Assembly (NCBI GenBank): GCA_964234715.1
Contig: OZ174282.1
Direction: 5' to 3' (one strand)
DNA length: 64,000 bases
Source of the DNA: Podarcis melisellensis
Lineage: Eukaryota
Part shown: positions 35,151 to 46,514 of the stretch, in pieces
How positions within the stretch are numbered: the first letter of the stretch is position 1
Layout: every line of letters starts with the position of its first letter
Translations under genes and position numbers: made by a program
Notes under the pieces: generated by a model
The model's input: the letters and a program-made list of their open reading frames with translations, nothing else
Database searches by the model: none
What the model was told of the DNA's origin: nothing

Positions 35151-38100
35151 CCTGTATAGGATGTCTATCATCTTTGTGGCATATACTAGGGAAGCTCAAA
35201 CCAACAGGATACTAGATAAAGGACAATAAAACATTCCAGAAAAAGAAGACTGAGCAAGGAAAGCATGATTTCCACATCACATTTTACTCAGAGAAGAACA
35301 ATTCATCAGATTCCTTTGTCTAGCTAAATGAATGCCATTAACTTCATTAAAATGTGCAGGCAGGAATGGCGAGGAGGTGATCAGGGAAACAGAAGCACTT
35401 CCAAGATGCACTGTCTCCCCTCCTTCTGCTGTGACCTATAACATTAATCTGTAACGCAGATGCTGACAACCTGGATCCAAACATGGATCAACTAAGTCCT
35501 CTGTGCAAAGCCTGCTTCTTTCCACACACAAGGGAAGAAGGAAGGGTACTACCAGAAGAAAGGAAGGAAAGAAAAATTCATTCTGCATCAGGGAGATGCC
35601 TGCCAGCAGTCAGAAACATTCAATTGCCAAGAAGTGTATTCACAATGCTCATTGGAGCATTCTGAACTTTTGTCTGGCAAGAAATGGTGAGCAAACATTT
35701 CCAAGCCTATTCATGGCCAGTAATGGTGCCATGCAAAACAGCAAACACCTATGTTGTGACAGAAGACCAGCTAAGTTGACCTCAAAATATATTTGGGGTG
35801 CACTTCAAGTACTTTTTGAAACCCAGGATTTGATAGGACATTCTGGAGCAAAACTAGCTATGTTCCCTCCTTAAAATAAGTTTTCTGATCCTCTAATTAA
35901 TGGGTGGCATGCAAAGTTGACCCGCCTGTCACTTCTTCACTTTCATATAAAAAGTTAGGAGTGTTTCTTTTTTCCCCTTCTGCAAAACCCTCTGGATGTC
36001 AAGATAGAGCACTAAACAAAATGATCAATTAGGCAGTTTACGTGTCACAATTAAGCCTGCTTTTGTGTTTATAACAGCTGAAATTCAATACAATGCCTGA
36101 ATTGCTTAGAATGCACAATCAGTTTAACAATTCTGCTTTTTACTCTTGGGCTTGTAACATTCAGAGACACTGACAAATAACATGTAAGAAGCGAAAAACA
36201 ACAACAGCATGGCTACAATTTAAAATAAAAAGATAAATGCATGGCCAAACCACCACTTAACCTAAGGCATACAATAGTTTGCCCTTTATTCTGGCTAGTT
36301 TATAATTAAGAACAGTTTTTCATCATCCTAAACAAGACTGACACAGAATTATGCTAAAATGCCCAATGAAGTCTAATAAAAACTTCTAGATGCTATTCTT
36401 ATAGCTCAGAGTGAAAACAGATGTGACTTGGGAGATCTGGGGTTTTGATTTCCCACCCCCTCCAAGTTATTACCCAGCTGGAGAAAAATAACACAGATAT
36501 GATACAGGTAACTGTCTTTTCCATCAGTAGGATTAATAACAGCAGGATTGGGGGAGGGGGAGAATGTAGGTAAAAGATTACTGCCTGTTCTAATCCATCA
36601 CCACCATTGCAGCACACAGCTGCTTAAGTAAAAAAGAAGTCAAAACAGTTCATGGACCTCCCACCCACACCACGTCTCTTTTGGCCTTTAAGAGTTTATT
36701 AACATTCACTTCCACTTATTTATTTAGAGCATGTCTACAGTCACAAATGCTCCCAGAGTGGTTTACGTACAACCATTTGTAGCAAGACAGTCCCTGCCCA
36801 CAGGCATATAATCTAAAAGCATGGCACAAGAGGAAAGGGGGACAAGGAGGGAAGAGGAAGAAAAGGAAACAGTTCAGGGGCATGAGGTGCTTTCAGAAGA
36901 GCTGATGGGATGAGTGGGATACCACTGACACAAACAGAAGAGCCACTAAAAGATCCACCTTATGAAGCAACAGTGTCTTCTGTTTGTTCTGTATGATTAA
37001 TTAGTGGGTGAATCAGCTGCTCCCAGTATGCTTTAGGACTGAGGCATTTCAGGTAACTGCATTACTCAGAGATGGCTTATGCACTGAGGTGATGAGGCGT
37101 GTGTTCCCTTGGATTCCCCCTGGAACAAATCTGGATCTCGGCAAGAGCAGAGATGAGGCACGTGGCAACCCAAGGAAACAACTGCACATTGGCATTTCAT
37201 GTCCAGATTTGTTCTTAAAAAAATAAAATAAAAAATAGAAGGGCTTGTATAAAAGCCCCTCTCGGTGCCGATCAATCTTTGTTGCGTAAGAAAGAGCTTC
37301 AGAGAGCACACACCAACTTCACGTCTGAGTCATGAAGTTGGGAAAATAGACACATCAGTGCCTTCCAGAAGACACAACAGGTGGAGCTGAGAAACGGGAA
37401 GGGCTGCAGCTCAGCTTTCCCTGCCGATGGGCCCAGATTCAGCTCTTTGCACTTCCACCTCTAAAGGATCTCAGGTAGCAAGTGGTAGGAAAGACCTTTG
37501 TCTGAGATTCAAGAGAGCTGCTGTGTAGACCTCACCAAACTAGGTAGGCCAGCTGTCTCACTCAGTAGAAGGCGGCCTCTCAATGTATGAATTTATTCTC
37601 GTGTTGAGTAAAATAAAAACCACAAATGCAAACACTAATCAAAGTGGTTCACAAATCAAAACATATTCCAGGAAAACAGTATAAAACATTTAAAACTCTT
37701 GGAATACACATATCCACAACATTACAAGTATAACACATGTACTACAACAGATGATCACTACAATACCAGATCAATCACCTGAGGAAAATTTCCACCTTTT
37801 AAGAAATTCTTATATTTATATAATGCCTTTCCTTCAAGGAGCTCAGGTACATTGCCCTCCTCCATTTGATCTTCACAACCGCACCTTGTGAGGTAGGTCA
37901 GGCTAAGAGTATGTGACTAGCCCAAGATACAGTGAGATTCAATGTTGGATGGGGATTTATACCTTAACTCTAGTGTCCAAAGTATATGAAAATATCCAGT
38001 TCAATCGCCCTAGCAATTACGGTAATTCTGATGCCAATTCAGCTATTTAACTTTTTTGCCACAAAAATTCTTTGTGTAAGGTAGGAAGGAAACCCAAATA

Positions 38101-38547
38101 AAACAGATGTTTAAAGGTCAAGCAGAATAAATAACTGCGACCTAGGACCCACTTACCTACAGGACCACCTCTCCTGGTATGCCCCACGGAGGACCTTAAG
38201 GTCCACAAATGACAACATTTTGGAGGTCCCAGGTTGCAAGGTGGTTAGATTCATCTAAACTAGGGCCAGGGCCTTTTCAGTACTGGCCCCGACTTGGTGT
38301 AACGCTCTGTCACAAGAGACTAGGGCCCTGCGGGACTTGACATCTTTCCGCAGGGCCTGCAAGCCAGAGCTGTTCCGTCTAGCCTTTGGTTTGGACTCAG
38401 TCTGACCCTTTTGTTTCCCTCCACTTATGCATTTTAACCTGTATTTTAAATTGTTTTTTTCTTTTACTATTATGTTTTTACTGTAATTTTACTGGTGTTA
38501 GCCGCCCTAAGCCCGGCTCTGGCTGGGGAGGGTGGGGTATAAATAAA

Positions 38548-38589
<42 letters not shown>

Positions 38590-41500
38590 GCATAATCTTG
38601 CTATAAATTTGGTCCCAATGAATAAAGATACAGAGCAGGTAAGATCAGTTCTTATATCAGACCAATGTCTCCTTCCATTGGAATATTCAAGCTTTTGAAC
38701 TGCACAGATTCTGAGAAAGGTGAGTAGAATATCACAATCTGTATCATATCATACTTTTTTTTTTTAACAGTGCTACTGTGCCTGTGATTCCCAGTAGGTG
38801 TGAACTTTTAAGTACATTTGGCAACAAGGTTACCAGAGCAGACAATCTAAGTAAGTGTACGTTTATAAATTCATGACCATCTTTTAATCCCAAACAATTT
38901 CGTACAGCAAATCAAACATTTTACTATGTTGGTACATATTCTGAACAAATACAGATTTGTTTATTTGTTGTATTTATAATCCACTTTCATAAAAGTATAA
39001 CATGGTGGTATACAACATACAAGATTATAATGAAACAAGTAAAAGCACCAGTAAAAACATCAATAAAAACACCAATAAAACATCAGTAAGTATTGGTTGG
39101 TTTAAAGCATATTGCAACGACCTGCCTAAATAAAACAGTTTTCAGGAGATGTGTAAAAGTAGGTAGGAACGATTCCTGCCAATCCTCCACTGGCAAGGAG
39201 TTCCACAGGGCCGAGACTGCCATACTAAAGGCCCTAGTAAAGGCGAAACAAATCTCAGGACAATGGGGAACCACTGGGGAAGTGCCCCATCAGAAGATCT
39301 GTGATTGAGAGTGGAGCACTTCAGCAGAGGTACAATGAAGCATCATAATTCTATAAGGATTTATTCACGTATGTCATCAGCGAGAGACACACAAGACAAA
39401 TGCGCCAACAATCACACTTACTGAGAGGCTGACACTTGGGTGACATGGCATTTCTGTTGAAGATTAATGCTCTTGCATATACCAATAAATATGAATTATG
39501 AACACTGTGAAGAGGGTCACTGGGACCTCAGCCTCAGAACCGAAGGCAATCTAAACCAAGGAGTGATTTTCGTAAGCATGGCTCACTGGATAGCAATTGC
39601 TGGATTTGGGAGACGAAGTTTCACCTACAGTGAAAGACATTTGACACAATGCTGTTTCAGCATTATATGTGTAAAGAAGAACCTAGCAGGACCTGCAACA
39701 AAATGTTGCAGTATATCCTCATTTTCCACATAGGTGTACTCCAGTGCAAGGTGCCAGGTAGCCTTAGTGTCACCCAGACTGCACCATAAGCATAGTTTCC
39801 TGTTCTCTTTTCCAACTGACCCTCAGCATTCCATGGCTGCTGAGTATGCTTGGTGCCCAAGAAGATGTTTTGGTGGAAGGGTTGCCCACTTGGCTTTGAT
39901 TTTTAAAAGAAGTTGTGGGGTTTTTTGGGTACTTCCACAGACCTTACTTAATGTTCCCTCAGTGGCCCTGTTTTTGGCTCCACTCCTGACACCACCCACT
40001 ACCTGAATTTGCTATTAAAGGGAGCAGTAGCAACACGTTTGATAGCTGACAGGAAGATAAATTTAGAGTACTGCAAATACCCACACACCAAAATATTTTT
40101 TATCGAAGGACGGTGTATCACCATTTGCAGAAGCCATATCAGTTGATCAAGATGAATTATTTTTAGAGTTCTATATAATATAAGGCACTACCATGGTATA
40201 TTCGGTCTTAATACGAGAGATTTATTTTAATTGTTTCTAAGCTGCACAGTCAGATAACACACGGTACACCCATCTTGCTGAATCGAAACAAGTCTGAGTC
40301 TGATCAGTGCTAAGATGGCAAGCTGTCTGAGAACCCCTTGACCTCAGTGATGGAAGATATAATAAACATAATAAAACAATGTACCTTAAACACCTTCATA
40401 TATCTTATTAAACAAGAAGCTGAAACTTATGTGAACACCCACAGCTTTCACACCAAGGCACATTTTTCTATTGACAAGTTGCTTCAAATTACAATATTCA
40501 ATTATAGTACTAGGCAAAAAGGCAATGGGAACATTGATATTCCACTGAATAGTGGTTCTAAAGAGGCAATTCATTGGAAACACACAATGGGTTGGCACAG
40601 GTGTGTAGCGACGGCATTCAACCGCAAGTAGAGGGGAATGGAACAACAACAGTTAAATGCAGTAACCCTAATGAATCAAATCACCACATGTGGTCAAAGA
40701 AACTGGCTCACTCTTATTTTTAAGGATGTTATGAATGGCTGGATGACAGGGACTGATGCAGTTGAGATTCTCGTATCCCTTCACCATTCAAAGACTTCGT
40801 GAGCATGGGCTGTCTGGTTCTATCACTATTTTACCTTCTTCTTCTTCTTTTTAAAGCTTTCTTGTGTTATACATTCCAGAAGGGTAGCAAGGTTAGTTAC
40901 ACAACAAACACAGGAAGGAGTCCCATGGCACCTTAGAAACTACCAGTTTTTATGAGGCACAAGCGTTTGTGGGCAAGTGTTCACTTCATCCAATACATTA
41001 ACATCAGCAAGTAAATTAAACATACAAATATAGATATGCAAACAGACGTGTGTATGCACTCATAATTCAGGTGAAGGCAGCACTTCTTGCATTTGATGAA
41101 GTAAGCTCTAGCCCTTGTAAATGTATGCCACAATAAATCATATAGTATTTATTAAGCCACAGGGCTCTATTTTGTATGACAAGTTGTATGTCCCCAAGTG
41201 CTGAAAAAAGAGAAAGATCACAAGTGCAGAGCTATATGCTTTGGTAAAGTATAAAGCACACTTGCTCCGTAGCAAGTGTATTTCTTTCAGGCCCAATACC
41301 AAGACCACAAAATTAGGTGTAAAATTAGCATATTGCATTGCACCAGCAGCAGGTGCCAACTTTGGACATAACACCAACACAGTCATCATGCGGCTAATGT
41401 CACCAAGCCAAGAAAACCCCATGATGACAGACACATCAGTGAAAACCTGTTATGCAGCACAGTAAGCCAGTAGGCCTTGGAACAGGAACAAATACAACTC

Positions 41501-44500
41501 AACGACACTTCACCTTTGCATTTGCTCTCACCTGAAGCCAGCAACAATTCTTCTGAGGTCAGTACAAAACAGCACGCACTTTGCACCCTAAAATGCAGCA
41601 AAAGAGGTCTTACTCATACCAACCAACAGTGCAATAAAATCTAGGAACATTGGAAGCTGCCTTATACTGAGTCAGAACACTGGTCCATCTAAAAAAAAAA
41701 AGGGGGGGGGAGAACACTGGTCCATCTAGGTCAGCATTCTCCGCACTGACAGGCAGTAGCTCTCCAGAGTTTCAGGCAGGGGGTATTCCCAGCCCTACCT
41801 AGAGATGCTAGGGACTGAATTTGGGACCTTCTGCATGCAAAGCAGATGCTCCACCACTGAGCTATGGCCTTCCCCATGCAAGCCTTTTGTACTGCACTGA
41901 TGTAGTAATATAAAGGCAGTGGTATTTCCATTTTTGCTCTTTCATTAAGGATGCCTTTTCACATGCCCTCGACATACCTTCTGCCAAAAGTCATATTTCT
42001 CATTCAGAAACTGCAACTCCCATATGATTAAGAGTAGCAGTCAGTTTTGAGACACCTACTTCATTCAGGCATCTGAATGATTCACAAGGAACACTGCTCC
42101 CATTTTAGACATGTCTTGCCATCTACATGTTCCATCTGAATACTTCCTTGTTTCTTGACAGCAAAATAATATTTTAAAGAATTTGTCATAATTATTTGCC
42201 TATACCAGAGGTTGGGAACCTGCGGACATTGTTGGGCTATGGTTTCTGTCATCCCTGACTAGTGAGGTGGGTCTTCTGGAAAAATTCGAATTGGAAACCT
42301 ATGCAAATTACTGGATAATTTCCATAGGTTTGGGAATATGTCTAATGCCCTAAAGAGTGGTCTAATTTAGCATGTTTATTTTACTTGTACTTAGCAAACA
42401 AGTTAAAACAGTTTGAAACTGCCAAGATTGCCTAATAATGAATTTGCAATTGGCATTCATTCATTGTTACTAAAGAACTTATGAAAGAAAAAAATCCCCA
42501 CGGAAAAACAAAGCAGTGGAAAAATTTCCACCGCCCATTACTGTCCCTGACAGTTGCCATCCCAGATGGAGTTGGAAGTCCAGCAACTTCTGCAGGGCAA
42601 CAGCTTCTCCACCCCTGGGCAATACCCAACTTTTCCAACACTGCTCACACCATTTCACAAACGATCAACTTTAAGTCAGATAAGATGTAATTATATGTCC
42701 TTTAAATGGCTATACAGAAGTTATACCAAAATTCTGGCAGACAAATACATCACAGGCAGTTAACATTCTTATTTCATAATGCTTTGTGAGCGTTGCAGCC
42801 TAGTAGGAAAAGGAAATCACTTGTTTCCACAGCTGCTTAATTATACTCTGAAGTTCAAGCTCAAACATGAGAATCAGTTTGGGTGGCACTTCTTTTCACA
42901 GGGAACCTAAGAAGAAGTCAAGGATGAATCTCTTACCTGAAAACTGGACTGCCTCACATTATGTTTGCTCAAATGTTTATACAACTATCATGATCTGAGT
43001 GTGGGGAAGTTCATCCCCACTCCCATCAAAGGGAAAGGGCCTATTATGTTGCTTCCATGGCTAAAAATGAAAATAATAAAAGTGTATGCATCTGGCAGAT
43101 CTTTGCAAATTAAATAGCACTTTTCCAAGGTATTAACAACTTATTTAAAAATGGTTGTTTCCATCATTATAGAGTCAGTCAACACTATCCACAAAGGCCA
43201 CATACACAGGCTGCATTAGAGATAAAATGTTTTCTAATTACTTGTGAAAGCACAAGCAGATATAACTATTTGTGTGCCACAGTAGACATAGAATCATAGA
43301 ATCATAGAGTTGGAAGAGACCACAAGGGCCATCAAGTCCAACCCCCTGCCAAGCAGGAAACACCATCAGAGCACTCCTGGCATATGGTTGTCAAGCCTCT
43401 GCTTAAAGACCTCCAAAGAAGGAGACTCCACCACACTCCTTGGCAGCAAATTCCACTGTTGAACAGCTCTTACTGTCAGGAAGTTCTTCCTAATGTTTAG
43501 GTGGAATCTTCTTTCTTGTAGTTTGGATCCATTGCTCCGTGTCCGCTTCTCTGGAGCAGCAGAAAACAACCTTTCTCCCTCCTCTATGTGACATCCTTTT
43601 ATATATTTGAACATGGCTATCATATCACCCCTTAACCTCCTCTTCTCCAGGCTAAACATGCCCAGCTTCCTTAGCTGTTCCTCATAAGGCATCGTTTCCA
43701 GGCCTTTGACCATTTTGGTTGCCCTCCTCTGGACACGTTCCAGTTTGTCAGTGTCCTTCTTCAACTGTGGTGCCCAGAACTGGACACAGTACTCCAGGTG
43801 AGTACTCCTAGATCCTTTTCACGTGTACTGCTCTCAAGCCAGGTGTCACCCATTTTGTATTTGTGCCTCTCGTTTTTTTTGCCCAAGTGCAATACTTTAC
43901 ATTTCTCCCTGTTAAAATTCATCTTGTTTGTTTTGGCCCAGTTCTCTAATCTGTCAAGGTCGTTTGAAGTGTGATCCTGTCCTCTGGGATGTTAGCCACC
44001 CCTCCCAGTTTGGTGTCATCTGCAAATTTGATCAGGATGCCCCTGAGTCCATCATCCAAGTCGTTGATAAAGATGTTGAATAAGACCAGGCCCAAGACAG
44101 AACCCTGTGGCACCCCACTAGTCACTCTTCTCACATGTTAGAATTCCTCCAGGTGACACATTTATCAAGCATTTGTTCTGATCTATTTTTATTTACAAAC
44201 ATTATGTGGGGGGTTAGATTACATTTGGCCTTTACGGAGTATTCATTCTGATTTGTTTGTGGGGTGGTTATATGACAATGAATATTCATCCCAATTTGCC
44301 TGCAGGGGTGTTTTCCCATTATTTGTTTACCAAACACATTTCCCTGCCACCTTCTACATTGCTAAAAGCCCAATTCTTTTTTTAAAGTGGTGTGCTGGAG
44401 CAAAGCAGTCATAGAATGGTAGAGCTGGAAGGGACCCTGAGGATCAGCTAGTTCAACCCCCTGCAATGCAGGAATATGCAGCTATCCCATATGAGAATCA

Positions 44501-46514
44501 AACCTGAAAGCTTGGCATTATCAGCACTACACTCTAACCAATGGAGCTAGCCACACAGTTAAGTCCTTTAATCCACTAACTATGCAAACCTAAAGTTCTG
44601 GTATATGCTTGAATACCAGACTCACTTTTTCCCTCCTAAAAGGTAAGGGGAAATGTGTGTGCATCTTATGGAGTGAATGCAGGCTGTGCAGCTATCCCAG
44701 AAGCCAGAACAGCAAGAGGGATTGCTGCTTTCGCTGCGCAGCGATCCCTCTTGCTCTTCTGGCTTCTGGGATTCAGAATATTTTTTTTCTTGTTTTCCTC
44801 CTCCAAAAACTAGGTGCGTCTTGTGGTCTGGTGCGTCTTATAGAGCGAAAAATACGGTGCCTCCCACAATACATTGGTAGCAGTCTGGAGGTACCCTTAG
44901 CTATAGCAAAAGCATGGCACACACACAAATATTGTGGCACTAACAGTTTTATTGCACCTTAAGCTTTCAGGAACTAGAGTCCACTTTATCAGCTGCCTCT
45001 GAGGAAGTGGGCTTCAGTCCACAAAAGGCAAAATACACCTACTAGCCTTTTAAAAGCCAAAATACTCCTCTTTAACTACCAATGTACCCCCCCAAACAGC
45101 CAATGAAAATACAAATAAGGTGCTTACAAATAAATAGGTTAATACCAAATATAGCATGCTAGGGGCTATGGCACAGATAGCCAATATGGTACTTCCCAGA
45201 TGTTGCTATAACTCTCATCACCCCTAACAACTGGCCGGAGTCTAATAACATCAGGAACACACACACCATGGTGGCTCCTCCTGATGAAGTATGTCCTTCC
45301 GCCTGCCCCCACAAAAAAGCGTCTTAAAAATCAGATGAATCACACAGAAAGCTAGCCTACAACAGAAGCCATGTAACTCATACAAGTCAATCTAGAAAAT
45401 ATATTTAAAGTCCACAAACCATCTGAATCAGTCGTCACCTCAACTAAAACCATCTGTAAAATATTTGCAGGGTCAGTTTAAGGAAAAACTAGTAATTTGG
45501 CTTGGGTTACTATGTAAATGTTTGTGGTAGATATACAGAAAGCCTCAACTGCCAAGCTCCCTTATCCAGCCCTTATAGCAGGGAATGCCAGGCAACAGGG
45601 TGAGGCCCACCACGCCATCTGGGGAACGTTACAAATGGGATCTGAAGTTGCCAGCTCTAAGTAGGAGTGGGAAAAGACGACAACTGATGCCACCCCACTG
45701 GAAGAATAGTGATAAGCCACATGGGAAATCTTGAAACAAAAAAAAATCCCCAAATCAAAAACTCACTCTGCTTCCACTGGACATTACTGGCTGGAAGTTT
45801 TTCATTCAAATGCATTCTCCTCCACAGCCCCTTTGGCAAAGTTAGGTAATCTTAGACTCTGGACTTTAAATGGTCTTACCAGCAGGGGGAGGGGGGGGCT
45901 TCTCTAAATGGTAATGTGTTTTACTTCACCGCAGCCCTCCCCCAAATAAACTCTTGTACTTCCAGAACATCAGATCACAGATGCAATTTAGAGCCAACAC
46001 AGATTAAAATATCCAAATATCAGTCATATCAGAGAGGTAAAAAGATAACTCAACACCTGAACCTTAGTATGAAACGCTTAATTCCAGCCCAACGCACAAC
46101 ATGTTGCTATGCTTGCTGCTGAACTCTTTAAAGCCAGCTTTTCCCATCATCTGACCATTTTGGCAGGAAAAAGCGAGATCAAAAGGACTGGTTCTTAACA
46201 ATGTGGCACAGAAACTACAACCCCCCCGCCGCTGCCGCCGCCCACAGAGCAGCAAGTTAAACAGCAAAGTGTATTCCAACCCAAAGGCCTTTAATAAATA
46301 ATATTATTTTTCTGGATTAAGAAAACAATCCCTTTTTGTCACTTGTTGAGAACTGGAAGCCCCTCTGAGCTGAGTGCAGGTTACACAACCCTCACATTCT
46401 TTTTTGAACATGCTTCACCTGCAACTCTCGCCCTGCCTACAGCCGCAGCTAGACCCTCCATTACTCACCTGAGGGAGCTGGATTTACCGGTCTTGAGTAG
46501 CGTGTCTGCCCCAT
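9523..46514 (-). CDS. PHACTR4: Phosphatase and actin regulator 4; 13 coding exons, 2145 nt spliced CDS, 714 aa (MGQ-start isoform)
   Basis: Exon lengths 46+177+81+165+378+571+218+160+56+62+138+77+16 = 2145 nt. All introns are GT-AG and phases are consistent. The translation contains [16 protein letters not shown] repeats and [11 protein letters not shown]...[10 protein letters not shown]...FTRFHRP. PHACTR4-specific segments include [30 protein letters not shown] and SDSDSEGPI. Confidence 0.97.
10024..10100 (-). CDS. PHACTR4: PHACTR4 coding exon 12 ([26 protein letters not shown])
   Basis: Acceptor catttag|, donor |gtgtgt; 77 nt. Confidence 0.97.
11128..11339. mobile_element. Tc1/mariner (Tigger-like) MITE
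   Basis: TA-flanked; cagtggtacctcggga ... tcccgaggcatgactg. Confidence 0.8.
11977..12114 (-). CDS. PHACTR4: PHACTR4 coding exon 11, last RPEL plus PP1-binding motifs ([24 protein letters not shown]...[11 protein letters not shown])
   Basis: Acceptor cttttag|, donor |gtgaga; 138 nt. Confidence 0.98.
13064..13125 (-). CDS. PHACTR4: PHACTR4 coding exon 10 ([20 protein letters not shown])
   Basis: Acceptor tttcacag|, donor |gtattg; 62 nt. Confidence 0.97.
14364..14419 (-). CDS. PHACTR4: PHACTR4 coding exon 9, RPEL ([18 protein letters not shown])
   Basis: Acceptor aaattag|, donor |gtaagt; 56 nt. Confidence 0.97.
15018..15177 (-). CDS. PHACTR4: PHACTR4 coding exon 8 ([16 protein letters not shown]...[12 protein letters not shown])
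   Basis: Acceptor ttccaaag|, donor |gtagga; 160 nt. Confidence 0.96.
15939..16156 (-). CDS. PHACTR4: PHACTR4 coding exon 7 (acidic; PDDDEEEE...[11 protein letters not shown])
   Basis: Acceptor ctgttag|, donor |gtaagg; 218 nt, phase 2-1. Confidence 0.96.
16608..16821. mobile_element. Tigger-like MITE
   Basis: TA TSD, cagtggtacctcgggtta TIR; same family as 34830, 47916 and 62183. Confidence 0.88.
17113..17354. mobile_element. Tigger-like MITE (second family)
   Basis: taccttggttctcgaa ... ttcgagaaccaaggtaccgctg, TA-flanked. Confidence 0.75.
17365..17624. mobile_element. Mariner-type MITE (ccgtattttt TIR)
   Basis: TA TSD; TIRs ctgtattttttgctctataagac / gtcttatagagcgaaaaatacgg; further copies at 27209, 44616 and 50785. 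Confidence 0.88.
18095..18665 (-). CDS. PHACTR4: PHACTR4 coding exon 6 (ELTQAISSG...[11 protein letters not shown])
   Basis: Acceptor cttctag|, donor |gtgagt; 571 nt, phase 1-2. Confidence 0.97.
18831..19158 (+). mobile_element. Sauria SINE (internally deleted)
   Basis: ggtggcgccgtggtctaaacc... ending in (acctt)n; flanked by the near-duplicate tacaggtcattgg / tacagttcattgg. Confidence 0.85.
22527..22904 (-). CDS. PHACTR4: PHACTR4 coding exon 5 (Pro/Thr-rich; ...[20 protein letters not shown])
   Basis: Acceptor cattgcag|, donor |gtaagt; 378 nt. Confidence 0.96.
24050..24243 (-). mobile_element. tRNA-derived squamate SINE (Squam3-like)
   Basis: ggaagc...cagtattgtctacactg...gggattgaactggg...ccactgacctatg; copies near 30200-30420, 31886-32040, 37396-37590, 41643-41875 and 57350-57542. 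Confidence 0.7.
24936..25100 (-). CDS. PHACTR4: PHACTR4 coding exon 4 ([21 protein letters not shown]...ELKKSQ)
   Basis: Acceptor aaaacag|, donor |gtgaga; 165 nt; contains the LKNGHT motif. Confidence 0.95.
25131..25172. repeat. (TAAA)n microsatellite just upstream of the coding exon 4 acceptor
   Basis: Direct reading. Confidence 0.95.
27209..27469. mobile_element. Mariner-type MITE
   Basis: TA TSD; ccgtatttttcgctctataagac TIR; opposite orientation to the 17365 and 44616 copies. Confidence 0.9.
30794..30874 (-). CDS. PHACTR4: PHACTR4 coding exon 3, N-terminal RPEL ([27 protein letters not shown])
   Basis: Acceptor atgtcag|, donor |gtgagt; 81 nt. Confidence 0.97.
31623..31799 (-). CDS. PHACTR4: PHACTR4 coding exon 2 (EEVDQP...[22 protein letters not shown])
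   Basis: Acceptor ttctgtgtag|, donor |gtaata; 177 nt, phase 1-1. Confidence 0.97.
33866..34039. mobile_element. hAT MITE
   Basis: cagggctagtcaacct / aggttgacaacccctg; perfect 8-bp TSD ctctatat. Confidence 0.9.
34830..35070. mobile_element. Tigger-like MITE
   Basis: cagtggtacctc TIRs, TA TSD. Confidence 0.88.
35086..35150. repeat. (CT)n(CA)n compound microsatellite
   Basis: Direct reading. Confidence 0.95.
38145..38590 (+). mobile_element. LINE (L2-like) 3' fragment with (TAT)n tail
   Basis: agggccttttcagtactggcccc...agccgccctaagccc...ggtataaataaa(tat)n. Confidence 0.7.
41643..41875 (-). mobile_element. Squam3-like SINE
   Basis: ggaagctgccttatactgagtcag...tctgcatgcaaagcagatgctccaccactgagctatgg. 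Confidence 0.8.
43287..44131 (-). mobile_element. 5'-truncated CR1 LINE (RT C-terminus plus 3' UTR) with an internal deletion
   Basis: ORFs read [12 protein letters not shown]...[10 protein letters not shown] and [16 protein letters not shown]...[10 protein letters not shown]...[11 protein letters not shown]; (ATTCTATG)n tail. Confidence 0.95.
44616..44857. mobile_element. Mariner-type MITE (left end partly deleted)
   Basis: Near-identical to 17365-17624. Confidence 0.85.
46469..46514 (-). CDS. PHACTR4: PHACTR4 coding exon 1 ([15 protein letters not shown])
   Basis: Strong Kozak context (ctcataATGG) and a G|gtgagt donor. Phase 1 joins the next exon as A-EEVDQP. Resembles the recalled mammalian isoform start MGQADVSRPVNP. 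Confidence 0.9.

Noticed and set aside
40240-40340. 5S rRNA-like sequence
   Set aside because: Too degenerate; at most an old 5S-derived SINE remnant.
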